This document shows positions 31,424-41,162 of a DNA stretch of 64,000 nucleotides, piece after piece. Source of the stretch: an uncultured Acidobacteriota bacterium (GTDB taxonomy: Bacteria > Acidobacteriota > UBA6911); the NCBI GenBank assembly GCA_963809485.1, contig CAWEJX010000019.1, forward strand, positions 1 to 64,000, in the 5' to 3' direction. Below the pieces are notes generated by a model, which saw only the letters and a list, made by a program, of their open reading frames with translations, ran no database searches and was not told the origin of the DNA. How positions within the stretch are numbered: the first letter of the stretch is position 1; the number at the start of each line of letters is the position of its first letter. The position numbers and the translations under genes were made by a program.

Positions 31424-31806
31424 ACGGACAAGCATCATCCTTTGACGGCTCGCCAAAGCCTAAATACAGCCCAAAAAACAATTTAGGTGATTTACCCATA
31501 GCGAGAGCTCTCAGGATTGACATTAAGGCATTACCTCCCCCCCTTCTGCATGAGGGGGGGAGCGGGGCGAAAAAGCCCTCAGTTCGGTAATTGGTGTAAG
31601 ATTCCGCATTTCGCAATCCAAGCAAGAACATTGGGGAAGTTAGTCTAACCCGGCATGATCAGGAACGGAGACAGCGAAGCTTGCCGGTGATTTAAGCGAA
31701 CATACGGTTTTTCCCTCCTGTTCTCTTCGTAGCTTGTGGCAACCGGTTAATTTGCCACCCTTGAGGAGGAGAATAAAGCCGTAAAAATAAGGGGGTCCAA
31801 CCTGAA

Positions 31807-32694
31807 ATGAAGACCATTACAACTGATTTTGAATATTTACCCGCAACAACGGTTGAGGAGGCTCTCGATCTGCTTTCTCAACACAAAGACGATGATTATA
31901 AAGTCATCGCGGGCGGTCAGTCTTTAAACACCGCAATGAAACACAGACTGATTGCTCCTGAGTTTATTATTGATATTAAAGGCCTTTCGGATCTTGATTA
32001 CATCAAGTTTGATGATCAAGAAGGCCTGAAGATCGGCGCTCTGGCCACGCATCGGTCTCTTGAGAAATCGCCGATCGTTCGCGAAAAGTACCCTGTGCTG
32101 TGTGAGATGGAGGAGAATGTCGCGTCGGTCGAAACGCGAAACTGGGGCACTGTAGCCGGCGATCTTTGCAATGCCGATCCTGCAGTCGATCCTGGGCCGC
32201 CGCTGATTGCATTGGATGCAAAGCTGAAGGTAGCCAGCAAGGACGAAGAAAGAACGGTTGATGCCGAGGAATTTGCCTTGGACTTTTTTGAAACCGTGGT
32301 CCAGCCTGGCGAGATGCTTACAGAAATCCAGATCCCCGTCCTGCCGCCGAATACCGGAGCCTATTTTACAAAATACTCCCAGATTCATGGGGACTATGCG
32401 CTTGCGTCCGTGGCGGTATCAATAACTCTCGATAAAAAGAAGGAAGCATGCACCAACGCCAGAATCGGTCTGGGAGGCGTCGGCGTAAAGCCCATCCGAG
32501 CGAAGAAAGCTGAAGAGGTTCTAAAGGGCAAAAAGATCACCGAGGCTCTGCTTGCTGAGGCGGCCGAGGTAGCGAAAACCGAGATTAGCCCCGTATCCGG
32601 TATCGAGGGATCGGCGGATTACAAGCGAGAGTTGGCGGGAACTTTGCTGAAACGAGTGGGAAAAGAAGCCCTGGCGCGAGCTCAGAAGGCCTAA
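31807..32694 (+). CDS. XO-family FAD-binding subunit (CoxM-like)
   Basis: IAGGQSL, RNWGTVAGDLCNADP, GSADYKR. Confidence 0.9.
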   Translation: MKTITTDFEYLPATTVEEALDLLSQHKDDDYKVIAGGQSLNTAMKHRLIAPEFIIDIKGLSDLDYIKFDDQEGLKIGALATHRSLEKSPIVREKYPVLCEMEENVASVETRNWGTVAGDLCNADPAVDPGPPLIALDAKLKVASKDEERTVDAEEFALDFFETVVQPGEMLTEIQIPVLPPNTGAYFTKYSQIHGDYALASVAVSITLDKKKEACTNARIGLGGVGVKPIRAKKAEEVLKGKKITEALLAEAAEVAKTEISPVSGIEGSADYKRELAGTLLKRVGKEALARAQKA

Positions 32695-32717
32695 TCCATG
32701 ATAAATGGGGGAACGTT

Positions 32718-33275
32718 ATGAAACGGGAGTTAAATATTGTAGTAAACGGAGAGTCGTACAATTTCTTCATAGAGCCTAAGACTCTCCTGGTTCAGGTTCT
32801 AAGGGAAATGTTGGGATTGAGGGGAACCCATCAGGCTTGCGATAGCGGTTCCTGCGCAGCGTGCACCGTTATCGTTGATGGGAAAGCCGTCAAATCCTGT
32901 TCCATTCTAGCGCTGCAGATGAATGGGAAAGAAGTTACGACCATTGAAGGTTTGGCCGACGGCACCAATCTGCATCCAATTCAGCAGGCTTTTATTGACA
33001 ATTGGGCATTCCAATGCGGATTCTGCACGTCCGGACAGATCATGGGTGCCAAGGCGTTTCTGGACGAGAATCCCAATCCAACACGCGAGGAAATCCAGGC
33101 GGCCATGGATGGCCATCTCTGCCGTTGCACCGGCTACAACATGATTAATGAAGCTATCCGGGATGCGGCCAAAAGGCTGCAGGCACTGGAGGCGGCAAAG
33201 AAAGTGCCGGCGCAAAGGGCTCCGCAGGTACAAAAGTGGATGCAGACGGCTAAATCAGGGAAGGGGGCAGCATAA
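32718..33275 (+). CDS. XO-family 2x[2Fe-2S] subunit (CoxS-like)
   Basis: CDSGSCAAC..C, QCGFCTSG, LCRCTGY. Confidence 0.92.
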   Translation: MKRELNIVVNGESYNFFIEPKTLLVQVLREMLGLRGTHQACDSGSCAACTVIVDGKAVKSCSILALQMNGKEVTTIEGLADGTNLHPIQQAFIDNWAFQCGFCTSGQIMGAKAFLDENPNPTREEIQAAMDGHLCRCTGYNMINEAIRDAAKRLQALEAAKKVPAQRAPQVQKWMQTAKSGKGAA

Positions 33276-35596
33276 TGAAAGAATATTCCATAATAGGCAA
33301 GCCGACGCCCAATGTCGATGGGCCGGCGAAGGTTACGGGCGAAGCGGCATATTCAATCGACATCACCTTGCCAAATATGCTTTATGGCAAGCTTCTGAGA
33401 AGTCCTTATCCGCACGCCAAGATCCTCAGCATTGATACCAGCAAGGCAGAAGAGTTTCCGGGCGTAAAATGCGTTATCACGGGCAAGGATACGCCCGGTG
33501 GCAAATGGGGCTTGTGGAGGCGCTTCCGGGAGCTGGCCGATCAGCAGGCTCTCGCCACGGACAAGGTCCGCTTTATCGGGGACCCGGTGGCTGCCGTAGC
33601 GGCAACTACTGAAGAGATCGCCGAAAAGGCTTTGGACCTGATCGAGGTCGAGTATGAGCCGCTGCCGGCTGTATATGATCCGATCGAAGCCATCAAAGAC
33701 GATGCGCCCATGGTGCACGAGGATTTTCCAAGCAATATCAATGCGACCCGTCACATTGAATGGGGAGACGTGGACAAAGGATTTGCCGAAGCCGACTATG
33801 TCCGTGAAGACCGGTACGTGATTGAAGCGGCGCATCCCTGCGCGATGGAAGTGCACAATTCCGTGGCCAGCTATGACAAAGGCACCGGTAGATTGACCGT
33901 GTGGACATCCACCGGATCGCCGTACTTCGTGCAGCAGAACATTGCGGAAGCTCTGAAGCTGCGGGAAGGGGACGTCCGGGTAATAAAGCCCCATGTCGGC
34001 GGCCACTATGGCGGCAAGAATTCAACCATGCCGGACGCAGTCAATGCGGCCATTCTTTCCATGAAGACAGGAAAGCCTGTAAAGATTGTTTTCAACCGCG
34101 ACGAGGAATTTACCACCACGGAGCATCGTACCGCTCAGCATATGGCCCTGAAGATCGGCCTGAAGAAGGACGGAACGATCGTCGCTTTTGAAGCAAAGGC
34201 TATTACCAATGGAGGCGCCTTTACCGGATTGGGGGCTACGACGCTTTTTCTCACCGGCACCTTCATAACCATGCCTTACCGGATACCCAACTATAGATAC
34301 GACGGTGTTCGAGCTTACACGAATATCGTCTGGGGTACGTCGATACGGGGATTCGGCGCCGTTCCCTCGAAGTACTGCGCTGAAACTCAATTAGACCGAG
34401 CGGCCAAGGACCTTGAGATTGATCCGCTGGAAATCCGGCGTAAAAACGCTGTAGCGCCCGGTTACGAAGCTCCGGGTCAATATAAGTTTGAAAGCTGCGG
34501 TATTCAGGCTTGTATCGAAAAGATGGCCGTAAGAGTCAAAGAAAAATGGCCCAAAGTCGAGAAGGATGAAGGCATCGGATACTGCGGATTTGCCTACATG
34601 TCCGGCGGCATCTTCAACTGGATCGATACTCCGTATGCCTATTCATCGGCTCACGTAAAGGTCAACTGGGATGGAACGGTCGATCTGTATAGCCAGGCAG
34701 CCGATGTCGGTCAGGGCCACAACACGGTGGCTGCCATGATCTGTGCCGAAGAACTGGGTATTGGCATCGAGGACATCCGCCTGCATATGGGCGATACCGC
34801 TCATGCCTATACCGATCTCGGCGCCTGGGGCAGCCGGGAAACGTTGATGAACGGCAACGCGATCAAGGATGCCGCTGCCCAGATCAAGCAGAAACTCATT
34901 GATCTCGCAAGGCTGAAGCTGGGCGAGAATATCGCCTATGACCTAGTAGCGAGGAATCACAGAGTCTACCTTGAATTGCGCCCGGAAAGAGGACTCTCCT
35001 ACTACGATCTTGTAAAGGACGCGATCCGGGCAAATGATGGAGTGCCTCTCAGCGGAGTCGGCCACTACACGCCTCACAATAAAGGCATGATCTCTCCTGC
35101 CTACGGTATGGGAATCATGGCGATCAAGGCGAAAGTGGACCGTGAAACGGGTCATGTCACAGCTCAGGATGTTCTCGTAGTGCATGATTCCGGCCAGATC
35201 ATCAATCCTTTGGGTGCACGAGGCCAGGTGGAAGGATCTATTCACATGGGACTGGGGTACGGCCTGTGTGAAGAGATGCCTATGGATCAGGGCATGTTGC
35301 TGAACCCTGAATTCGTGGACTACAAGATCCTCCGGACCCGCGATATGCCGGAGATCGAGATCCTGGACGTTCCTACTTATGAGCCGAATGGCCCATTCGG
35401 CGCCAAGGAAGCTGCCGAAGCAACAATAGCGCCTGCCGCTCCTGCGCTGGCAAATGCCGTATATCAAGCCTGCGGAGCGGAGTTCTTCAGCAACGTCTTA
35501 AAACCTGAAAAGGTTTTGAAGGCACTCAGAGAAAAAGAGAAAAAAGACAAGGAAAGCGCAAAATCCAAAGCACCTTCCAAGGCAAAAGGTAAATAA
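33275..35596 (+). CDS. XO-family molybdopterin subunit (4-hydroxybenzoyl-CoA reductase alpha-like C-terminus)
   Basis: KVTGEAAY, LRSPYPHAKI, VGGHYGGK, RGFG, GQGHNT, GQVEG, GPFGAKEAAE. Confidence 0.9.
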   Translation: MKEYSIIGKPTPNVDGPAKVTGEAAYSIDITLPNMLYGKLLRSPYPHAKILSIDTSKAEEFPGVKCVITGKDTPGGKWGLWRRFRELADQQALATDKVRFIGDPVAAVAATTEEIAEKALDLIEVEYEPLPAVYDPIEAIKDDAPMVHEDFPSNINATRHIEWGDVDKGFAEADYVREDRYVIEAAHPCAMEVHNSVASYDKGTGRLTVWTSTGSPYFVQQNIAEALKLREGDVRVIKPHVGGHYGGKNSTMPDAVNAAILSMKTGKPVKIVFNRDEEFTTTEHRTAQHMALKIGLKKDGTIVAFEAKAITNGGAFTGLGATTLFLTGTFITMPYRIPNYRYDGVRAYTNIVWGTSIRGFGAVPSKYCAETQLDRAAKDLEIDPLEIRRKNAVAPGYEAPGQYKFESCGIQACIEKMAVRVKEKWPKVEKDEGIGYCGFAYMSGGIFNWIDTPYAYSSAHVKVNWDGTVDLYSQAADVGQGHNTVAAMICAEELGIGIEDIRLHMGDTAHAYTDLGAWGSRETLMNGNAIKDAAAQIKQKLIDLARLKLGENIAYDLVARNHRVYLELRPERGLSYYDLVKDAIRANDGVPLSGVGHYTPHNKGMISPAYGMGIMAIKAKVDRETGHVTAQDVLVVHDSGQIINPLGARGQVEGSIHMGLGYGLCEEMPMDQGMLLNPEFVDYKILRTRDMPEIEILDVPTYEPNGPFGAKEAAEATIAPAAPALANAVYQACGAEFFSNVLKPEKVLKALREKEKKDKESAKSKAPSKAKGK

Positions 35597-35610
35597 GGAG
35601 GAAATCGCAC

Positions 35611-35838
35611 ATGCCTAATTATCGTTGTCCAATGTGTCGCAAAATCTGTTCCGAGCATCTTGATTTGGCCAGGCACTATCTGGGACAGACCGACAAAAAA
35701 CACAAGGACTGGCTCAAAACCCAGGGGCTTTCCTATGCTGCTTTGATTAAGGCCCAGGTTACCGAATTCGGGAATAAGGGCTATCAGGCCCTGGCTGACG
35801 TACTCAAGAAAACAGCCGCCGAAGTCAACGAAGGATAG
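35611..35838 (+). CDS. Small C2H2 zinc-finger-like protein
   Basis: Strong RBS AGGAGG; CPMC-x12-H-x8-H. Confidence 0.7.
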   Translation: MPNYRCPMCRKICSEHLDLARHYLGQTDKKHKDWLKTQGLSYAALIKAQVTEFGNKGYQALADVLKKTAAEVNEG

Positions 35839-35850
35839 ACTATAAGGCCA

Positions 35851-35888
35851 CAACCCCAGGCATTGAGTCCGCTCAATGCCTGGGGTTG
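35851..35888 (+). terminator. Strong hairpin (terminator/mRNA stabiliser) after XO operon 1
   Basis: Perfect 17-bp stem CAACCCCAGGCATTGAG / CTCAATGCCTGGGGTTG; no clear U tract. Confidence 0.55.
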
Positions 35889-36083
35889 CTCGATTGCGTA
35901 AGCACCATTTAATTAAGTTCAACAAAAAATCATTCATGCAGGTTGCTGCGACGGTTGTTTCTGTACGAGCGGCTGTTTAAACCGGTTGACCATAGTCCTG
36001 CGGGTCTACAAGGGATTTGAATCAGCACAGAAGAATTCATTCGACCCATAGCAGATGCTTCTGAGAGAGAAAGGAGTTTTGAA

Positions 36084-36530
36084 ATGATTATCGACGGGCA
36101 ATTTACCCTGCAAGCGCCCATTCAAAAGGTCTGGGATCACCTGCTCGATCCCAAAACACTGGGTACCTGTGTTCCAGGTACGGAAAAAATGGAAGCCATT
36201 GATAAAGAGACGTATGAAAGCGTCGTTGCGCAGAGAGTAGGGCCATTCAAGATTAAGCTGAAATTTACGACAAAGTTGACCGAAGTGCGTCCGCCGAATT
36301 ACATCAAAGCGGTTGGCAGAGGCGCCGATGTGACCAAGCTTGGCAATTTCTCGACTGAAATCGAGGTCAAACTGAACGAAACTTCCCCCAACGTTGTCGA
36401 TGTTTCCTATACGGCCAATGTTAGCCTCGTTGGACGGCTGGCAACCTTCGGCGAGAGAATCATGCGGGCCAAGGCAAAGGAAGTTGGAGACGAATTCACC
36501 AGAAATCTGCAGGAAAAACTCAAAGGCTAG
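36084..36530 (+). CDS. CoxG/SRPBCC-family protein
   Basis: APIQKVWDHLLDP..CVPG..VGPFK..GRLATFGER; next to CoxMSL-like genes. Confidence 0.85.
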   Translation: MIIDGQFTLQAPIQKVWDHLLDPKTLGTCVPGTEKMEAIDKETYESVVAQRVGPFKIKLKFTTKLTEVRPPNYIKAVGRGADVTKLGNFSTEIEVKLNETSPNVVDVSYTANVSLVGRLATFGERIMRAKAKEVGDEFTRNLQEKLKG

Positions 36531-36841
36531 CCTGCCGAAATTCCGCGGCCCGCGGCCCGGCAAGTTGGGCCGCAATCATGATGGCCAAACGGAATATGGC
36601 GGTTGCCTCGAGAGCGATTCCTGCTCGCCCCGGATGCGGACATTCTTGAACCTGATGTCCGCATCCAACCCCGCCGGATTCAAACATATCTTTTGACCAT
36701 GCCAGGCCCGGCGATTCTGGTCCGGCGCGGCCACTCCCAATCGGCCGGCCTCGGTTCCAGGTCCGCATTCTCTTATCGAGCTTGATGGATTTCTTGCGGA
36801 GAAGACGAACCGGAACGCCAGAATTTGTGTTCTGCGAGGAA

Positions 36842-37126
36842 ATGATGGGAATCTGCAGAAGTTGTCGGAAGGAAATGTCGGACCCGGCGGTCACGGCCTG
36901 CGAGGCGAATGTTTCCGCTAAATACACGGATGGAAGTATCCTTGCGACCCTGCCTTACGATCCTAAAAAGTTCCATTTTCCCAACTGGTTTCGCTGTCCC
37001 GACTGCAATGTGGCGCCCGGCGGCAAGCATCATACGGGTTGCGATTACGAATGCTGTCCCAAATGTGGCGGTCAGTTGATCAGTTGTGCTTGTTTCGATT
37101 CTGAAAATGACAAAGGGGCGAAGTAA
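36842..37126 (+). CDS. Small Cys-rich metal-binding hypothetical protein
   Basis: CRSC, CPDC-x7-HHTGCD-x3-CPKCGGQLISCAC; RBS GAGG before ATG 36842. Confidence 0.7.
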   Translation: MMGICRSCRKEMSDPAVTACEANVSAKYTDGSILATLPYDPKKFHFPNWFRCPDCNVAPGGKHHTGCDYECCPKCGGQLISCACFDSENDKGAK

Positions 37127-37489
37127 GTGGGAATCGCCAATTACCTTAACCTGAGCGAGTTCATGAATGAAAGGCTGAAAGCCGGACATGCCGTTTCGAT
37201 CTCAGACCTGGTCCGGGAAGCCGCGGGTCGAAAGCTCATACTTGCATCCGAAGGCACCCTGGCCGGCAAGTCGGATCTGGAAAATGGGTTCATAGATCTG
37301 GTCGATGCACTTTATCGTGCCGGAGCCATCCGGCCTGAGCCTGCCAACGAATCCGAATCTCACCTGATCCGGCTCTATGAGTCCGGGAAATTGGCGGAAA
37401 ACGGATATGGCGGAGAGGAGGGCGACCGTTTTTTGGACATCAAATGGGTAGCCCTGACAGACAACCCTCCGGTAATCGTCAATCTGTAA
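37127..37489 (+). CDS. Hypothetical protein
   Basis: 120-aa ORF starting immediately after upstream stop. Confidence 0.6.
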   Translation: MGIANYLNLSEFMNERLKAGHAVSISDLVREAAGRKLILASEGTLAGKSDLENGFIDLVDALYRAGAIRPEPANESESHLIRLYESGKLAENGYGGEEGDRFLDIKWVALTDNPPVIVNL

Positions 37490-37714
37490 TTACATTGGTA
37501 AACCCCCGGCTCTGCCGGGCGACTCAAAGAGTTTGACAGCTCCGTATTTTGAAACGCTGAGAAACGCTGATAAAAGAGCCGACAAACGCCGATTTGTTCG
37601 GCGAGGGTCGGCTTTTGCCCGCGTAAGTCAGCGTTCAAGACCGGCGTAACTAGTCCAACCGCTTTGAGCGGTTCCAATCTTTCAAGCCTCCGGCTTTGCC
37701 GGAGGTACCTGACT
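37487..37714 (+). mobile_element. IS200/IS605-like MITE, copy B
   Basis: TAATTACATTGGTAAACCCCCGGCTCTGCCGGG ... CCTCCGGCTTTGCCGGAGGTACCTGACT. Confidence 0.72.
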
Positions 37715-37936
37715 CCCCCATTCCACAATCTGCATTTCCCCGCTGCTCGTTTTTGATCATCAGTCCCCAAACCTGCTTTTGCCGGGGCCCCCATCGTACC
37801 TGCCTGTCCCGCAGCCTTGTTGTTTTGGCTGTAACAATGCATGCCCGATTTGCTATCCTGTCCTCGCAGTCGTTAAATCCGATATGCCCGGGACTCCCCG
37901 GCGTGGTTCGCAGTAGAAAGCTAAGGAGGACTTTTT

Positions 37937-38662
37937 ATGCCTGATGAAGAAACCCAGAAAAGCGAGGGAGTGGGACTCAATCGAAGAAGCTTCCTCAAGA
38001 GTGCGGGAGCGGCGGTCGCCGGCGGCACTGTTGGGTCCGGCCTGACGCTTGCGACGGGCATGGCCGTTGCAGCCGAAGCCGTCGCTTCAACCATCACGAA
38101 TTTTCGGTGCCCGATCGACGGCAAGGATTTCAATACCTTCGCCGCCCTGCAAAAGCATTTTGGCGAGGCGCACCCCGGCGCCGTAATCCCGGTGACCACC
38201 AGGCTCAAGGTCAACGGAAAAGATTACGAAGTCCTGATCGAGCCGCACTGGACTCTGCAGCGCACGCTTCAGTTCAAGCTGGGTTTGACCGGCGCCAAGC
38301 AGATGTGCGACCGCGGCGTGTGCGGCTCCTGCACCGTCATCATCGACGGCAGGGCCGTATTGTCCTGCACCACGCTCGCCGTCGAGTGCGAAGGCAAATC
38401 GATCGAGACGGTCGAGGGCATAGCCGCCAATCCCAAGTGGAAGCCGCTCATTCAATCGTACTGCAAATGGGATGCCATGCAATGCGGTTATTGCACGCCG
38501 GGCTTCGTAGTTTCGGCCAAAGCCCTCCTGGACAAGAATCCCAATCCGACCGAGAACGACTGCAAGCAGGCGCTCGCCGGCAACATCTGCTGTTGCGGAA
38601 CTTACCCGAGGCACCCGACCGCCATCATGGAAGCGGCGCAGGTGATGAAGGGGGGCGCATAG
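37937..38662 (+). CDS. Tat-exported [2Fe-2S] subunit (PaoA-like) with zinc-finger-like insert
   Basis: NRRSFLK Tat signal; CDRGVCGSC..C, QCGYCTPG, ICCCGTY. Confidence 0.9.
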   Translation: MPDEETQKSEGVGLNRRSFLKSAGAAVAGGTVGSGLTLATGMAVAAEAVASTITNFRCPIDGKDFNTFAALQKHFGEAHPGAVIPVTTRLKVNGKDYEVLIEPHWTLQRTLQFKLGLTGAKQMCDRGVCGSCTVIIDGRAVLSCTTLAVECEGKSIETVEGIAANPKWKPLIQSYCKWDAMQCGYCTPGFVVSAKALLDKNPNPTENDCKQALAGNICCCGTYPRHPTAIMEAAQVMKGGA

Positions 38663-38663
38663 C

Positions 38664-41162
38664 ATGGCGGATTTGGCGGGAGTCAATGGACAAAGAGCAA
38701 AGTTTGACGTTGTGGGGAAGCCCAACCTTCCCGGCAGGCTTTCCTACTCGCTGGCCACCGGCAAAGCGAAATTCGGTGCGGACTATGTCATGGACGACAT
38801 GCTCCATGCCAAATTCCTCAGAAGCCCCTATGCCAATTCGATGGTCAAGAGCGTCGATGTTGCCGCGGCGAAAAAGATCAAGGGCGTCGTCGACGTGGTT
38901 ACGTGGGAAGACGAGGACCTGAAGAATTTCGGCCGCCGCGGGGGAATGGGATCCGGCGCTCCGAAGAGCAAAACTGAGGGATCTGCCTCCGTGGCGTTCG
39001 GCCCTCCTGCCGCGGACCCCGGCTTGGGAGCTCAAGCCGGAACCGCCGCACCCAAGCCTGCTCCGAAAGCGAAGCCGGCCGGCGATGAAGGCGGCGGAAT
39101 GATGATGTTTGGCGGACCCCAGGGCCCTTACGTCGACCAGATCGCCGATATGGAAGACGATGAAGTGGCGGTGATCATCGTTGCCGAAACCGAAGAACTC
39201 TGCGATGAAGCTTTGAAGGCCCTCAATCCGCAGTGGGAAGTACGCCCGCATGTTGTCGACATACTCGAAGGGAAAAAGCCCGATGCGCCGGTCATCCGGG
39301 ATAACCCGAGAGGCAAGGGCAACGTCACTGTTGCGAGCAACAACCGCGGGGATGTGGAAGCCGGTTTCAGGCAGGCGGATCAGATCATCGAATATGACTT
39401 CAACATGCCCGCTTTCTCCGGCCACGTTCCCAATCCTTATGCATCGGTTGCTTATTGGTATGATGACCCTTTGCAGAGTTCTGAACAGCAGAGCCTGCAT
39501 ATTGAAGGGGCTGTCTGGACGGCATCCGGGGGAAAAGACGCCGTGGGACGAATGTACGGGCTTCCCTCTGAAAAAGTTAAGCAGGAAAGTCTCTTCCAGG
39601 GCGGCAAGTATTGTGATTGGGGCCTGCGGAAAGTGCAGGAAATCACGCCGCTGCTCGCCAAAAGGGCAGGAAGGCCGGTCCGCATGACCTTAGCCCGGAA
39701 AGAGATGTACGACTTCAATATGAACCAGCGCTTCACGCACATGAAGGTTGGTATCAAAAACAACGGTTTGATCACTGCAATAGAAGACTTTTCCATCGCG
39801 GATGCCGGAGTCCCTCCCGTTTCGATGCTCGGTACTTCAGGCGACCAGGGTTACGGCCCCTATTTCACGACAAGATGCCTGAATATCAGGCAGACGATGG
39901 AAGTCGTGAACAGCAACCGCGGGAAGATGTACACCAGCGGCCAGCATTGCCCTTTCAACTGGGACTCGCTGACCATGGCGATACATTTGATTGCTGATAA
40001 ATTGGGAAAGGACCCGATCGAAATAGCGACACTGAACCTCCACGGACCCACCGATTACACGGATCCCAATCCCGTACCCAGTTTCCAGGCGTGCGTGGCG
40101 GAGGGGAAAAAACTGATGAACTGGGATTGGCATGCGGCCGGCGCGAAAAAGCTCCCCGACGGGAGATTGCACGGTGCAGGCTTCCGGTACCAGATGTGTC
40201 CGCGGCACTCCTTCTCGGGATACACCTGCAAACTGGAGCTCAGGAATGGCAAGGTGCGTTTTCCTACTCAAGGCCCATGCACCGGCATCTATGCGGTTGA
40301 AGGAAACGCAATGGTCGTTGCCGAGGAACTGGGGATCAGATATGAAGACATCAGCATCGATTTCGATCCCATGGAGGTCTTTGCTCCCGTCGGCGGTGGA
40401 AGCGACGGAACGACTGCATCCGCCTGGGCGAACAAAGAATGCGCCAACATTCTAAAAAAGCGCATATTGGAAGCCGCTATTCAAAATGCCGACAATCCTC
40501 CGGCCCCAAGCGGCTTCGGCGGTTTTGGCGGCGGGCAGTCCGCGCCCAGTCCGTTAAAGGGCTACAAACCCGAAGACCTGGACATGAAGGACGGCAATGT
40601 TTTTGTCAAGTCCGATCCGGGCAAAACGGTTCCGCTCGCCCGGGCTGTGGGGCAGGCTCATCTGTTTGCGACCTTCTCCGGCAGGCCTCCAACGGCTCTC
40701 TGGGCTACCGGCATGGGAAAATATCTCGATACCATGAACATCGCGATGTGCGAGGTTGCCGTCGACCCGGAAACCGGACTGGTGGAAATTATCCGGTTTG
40801 GAGTGGCGGCGGATCCCGGCAAAGTTATTCGCTTGACCTCACTCGAAAGCCAGATTGACCAGGTGATGGATTTCAGTGCCGGATGCCAGCTTCAGGAAGA
40901 CTATTTCTATGACAGGGCGACGGGGGTGAAGCTCAACGCGAACATGCTCGACTATAAAAAGGTCGGCATGCTGGACATGCCTCCTGTCGACCGCAAGTTC
41001 CTGGAAACGCGCGCAGGTAATGCAGCTTACGGAGCTAACGGGATTAGCCACTCTCTGGCGAATACTCATCTGGTAATTTGCGCGATTCATAACGCCATCG
41101 GTAAGTGGGTCGATCCGCCGGCCACACCGGACAAGGTTCTCAAAGCGCTGGGCAAGGCATAA
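38664..41162 (+). CDS. Divergent XO-family molybdopterin-binding subunit
   Basis: ATGKAKFGAD, LRSPYANS, RGDVEAGF, EVAVDPETG, DYK, PATPDKVLKAL. Confidence 0.88.
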   Translation: MADLAGVNGQRAKFDVVGKPNLPGRLSYSLATGKAKFGADYVMDDMLHAKFLRSPYANSMVKSVDVAAAKKIKGVVDVVTWEDEDLKNFGRRGGMGSGAPKSKTEGSASVAFGPPAADPGLGAQAGTAAPKPAPKAKPAGDEGGGMMMFGGPQGPYVDQIADMEDDEVAVIIVAETEELCDEALKALNPQWEVRPHVVDILEGKKPDAPVIRDNPRGKGNVTVASNNRGDVEAGFRQADQIIEYDFNMPAFSGHVPNPYASVAYWYDDPLQSSEQQSLHIEGAVWTASGGKDAVGRMYGLPSEKVKQESLFQGGKYCDWGLRKVQEITPLLAKRAGRPVRMTLARKEMYDFNMNQRFTHMKVGIKNNGLITAIEDFSIADAGVPPVSMLGTSGDQGYGPYFTTRCLNIRQTMEVVNSNRGKMYTSGQHCPFNWDSLTMAIHLIADKLGKDPIEIATLNLHGPTDYTDPNPVPSFQACVAEGKKLMNWDWHAAGAKKLPDGRLHGAGFRYQMCPRHSFSGYTCKLELRNGKVRFPTQGPCTGIYAVEGNAMVVAEELGIRYEDISIDFDPMEVFAPVGGGSDGTTASAWANKECANILKKRILEAAIQNADNPPAPSGFGGFGGGQSAPSPLKGYKPEDLDMKDGNVFVKSDPGKTVPLARAVGQAHLFATFSGRPPTALWATGMGKYLDTMNIAMCEVAVDPETGLVEIIRFGVAADPGKVIRLTSLESQIDQVMDFSAGCQLQEDYFYDRATGVKLNANMLDYKKVGMLDMPPVDRKFLETRAGNAAYGANGISHSLANTHLVICAIHNAIGKWVDPPATPDKVLKALGKA

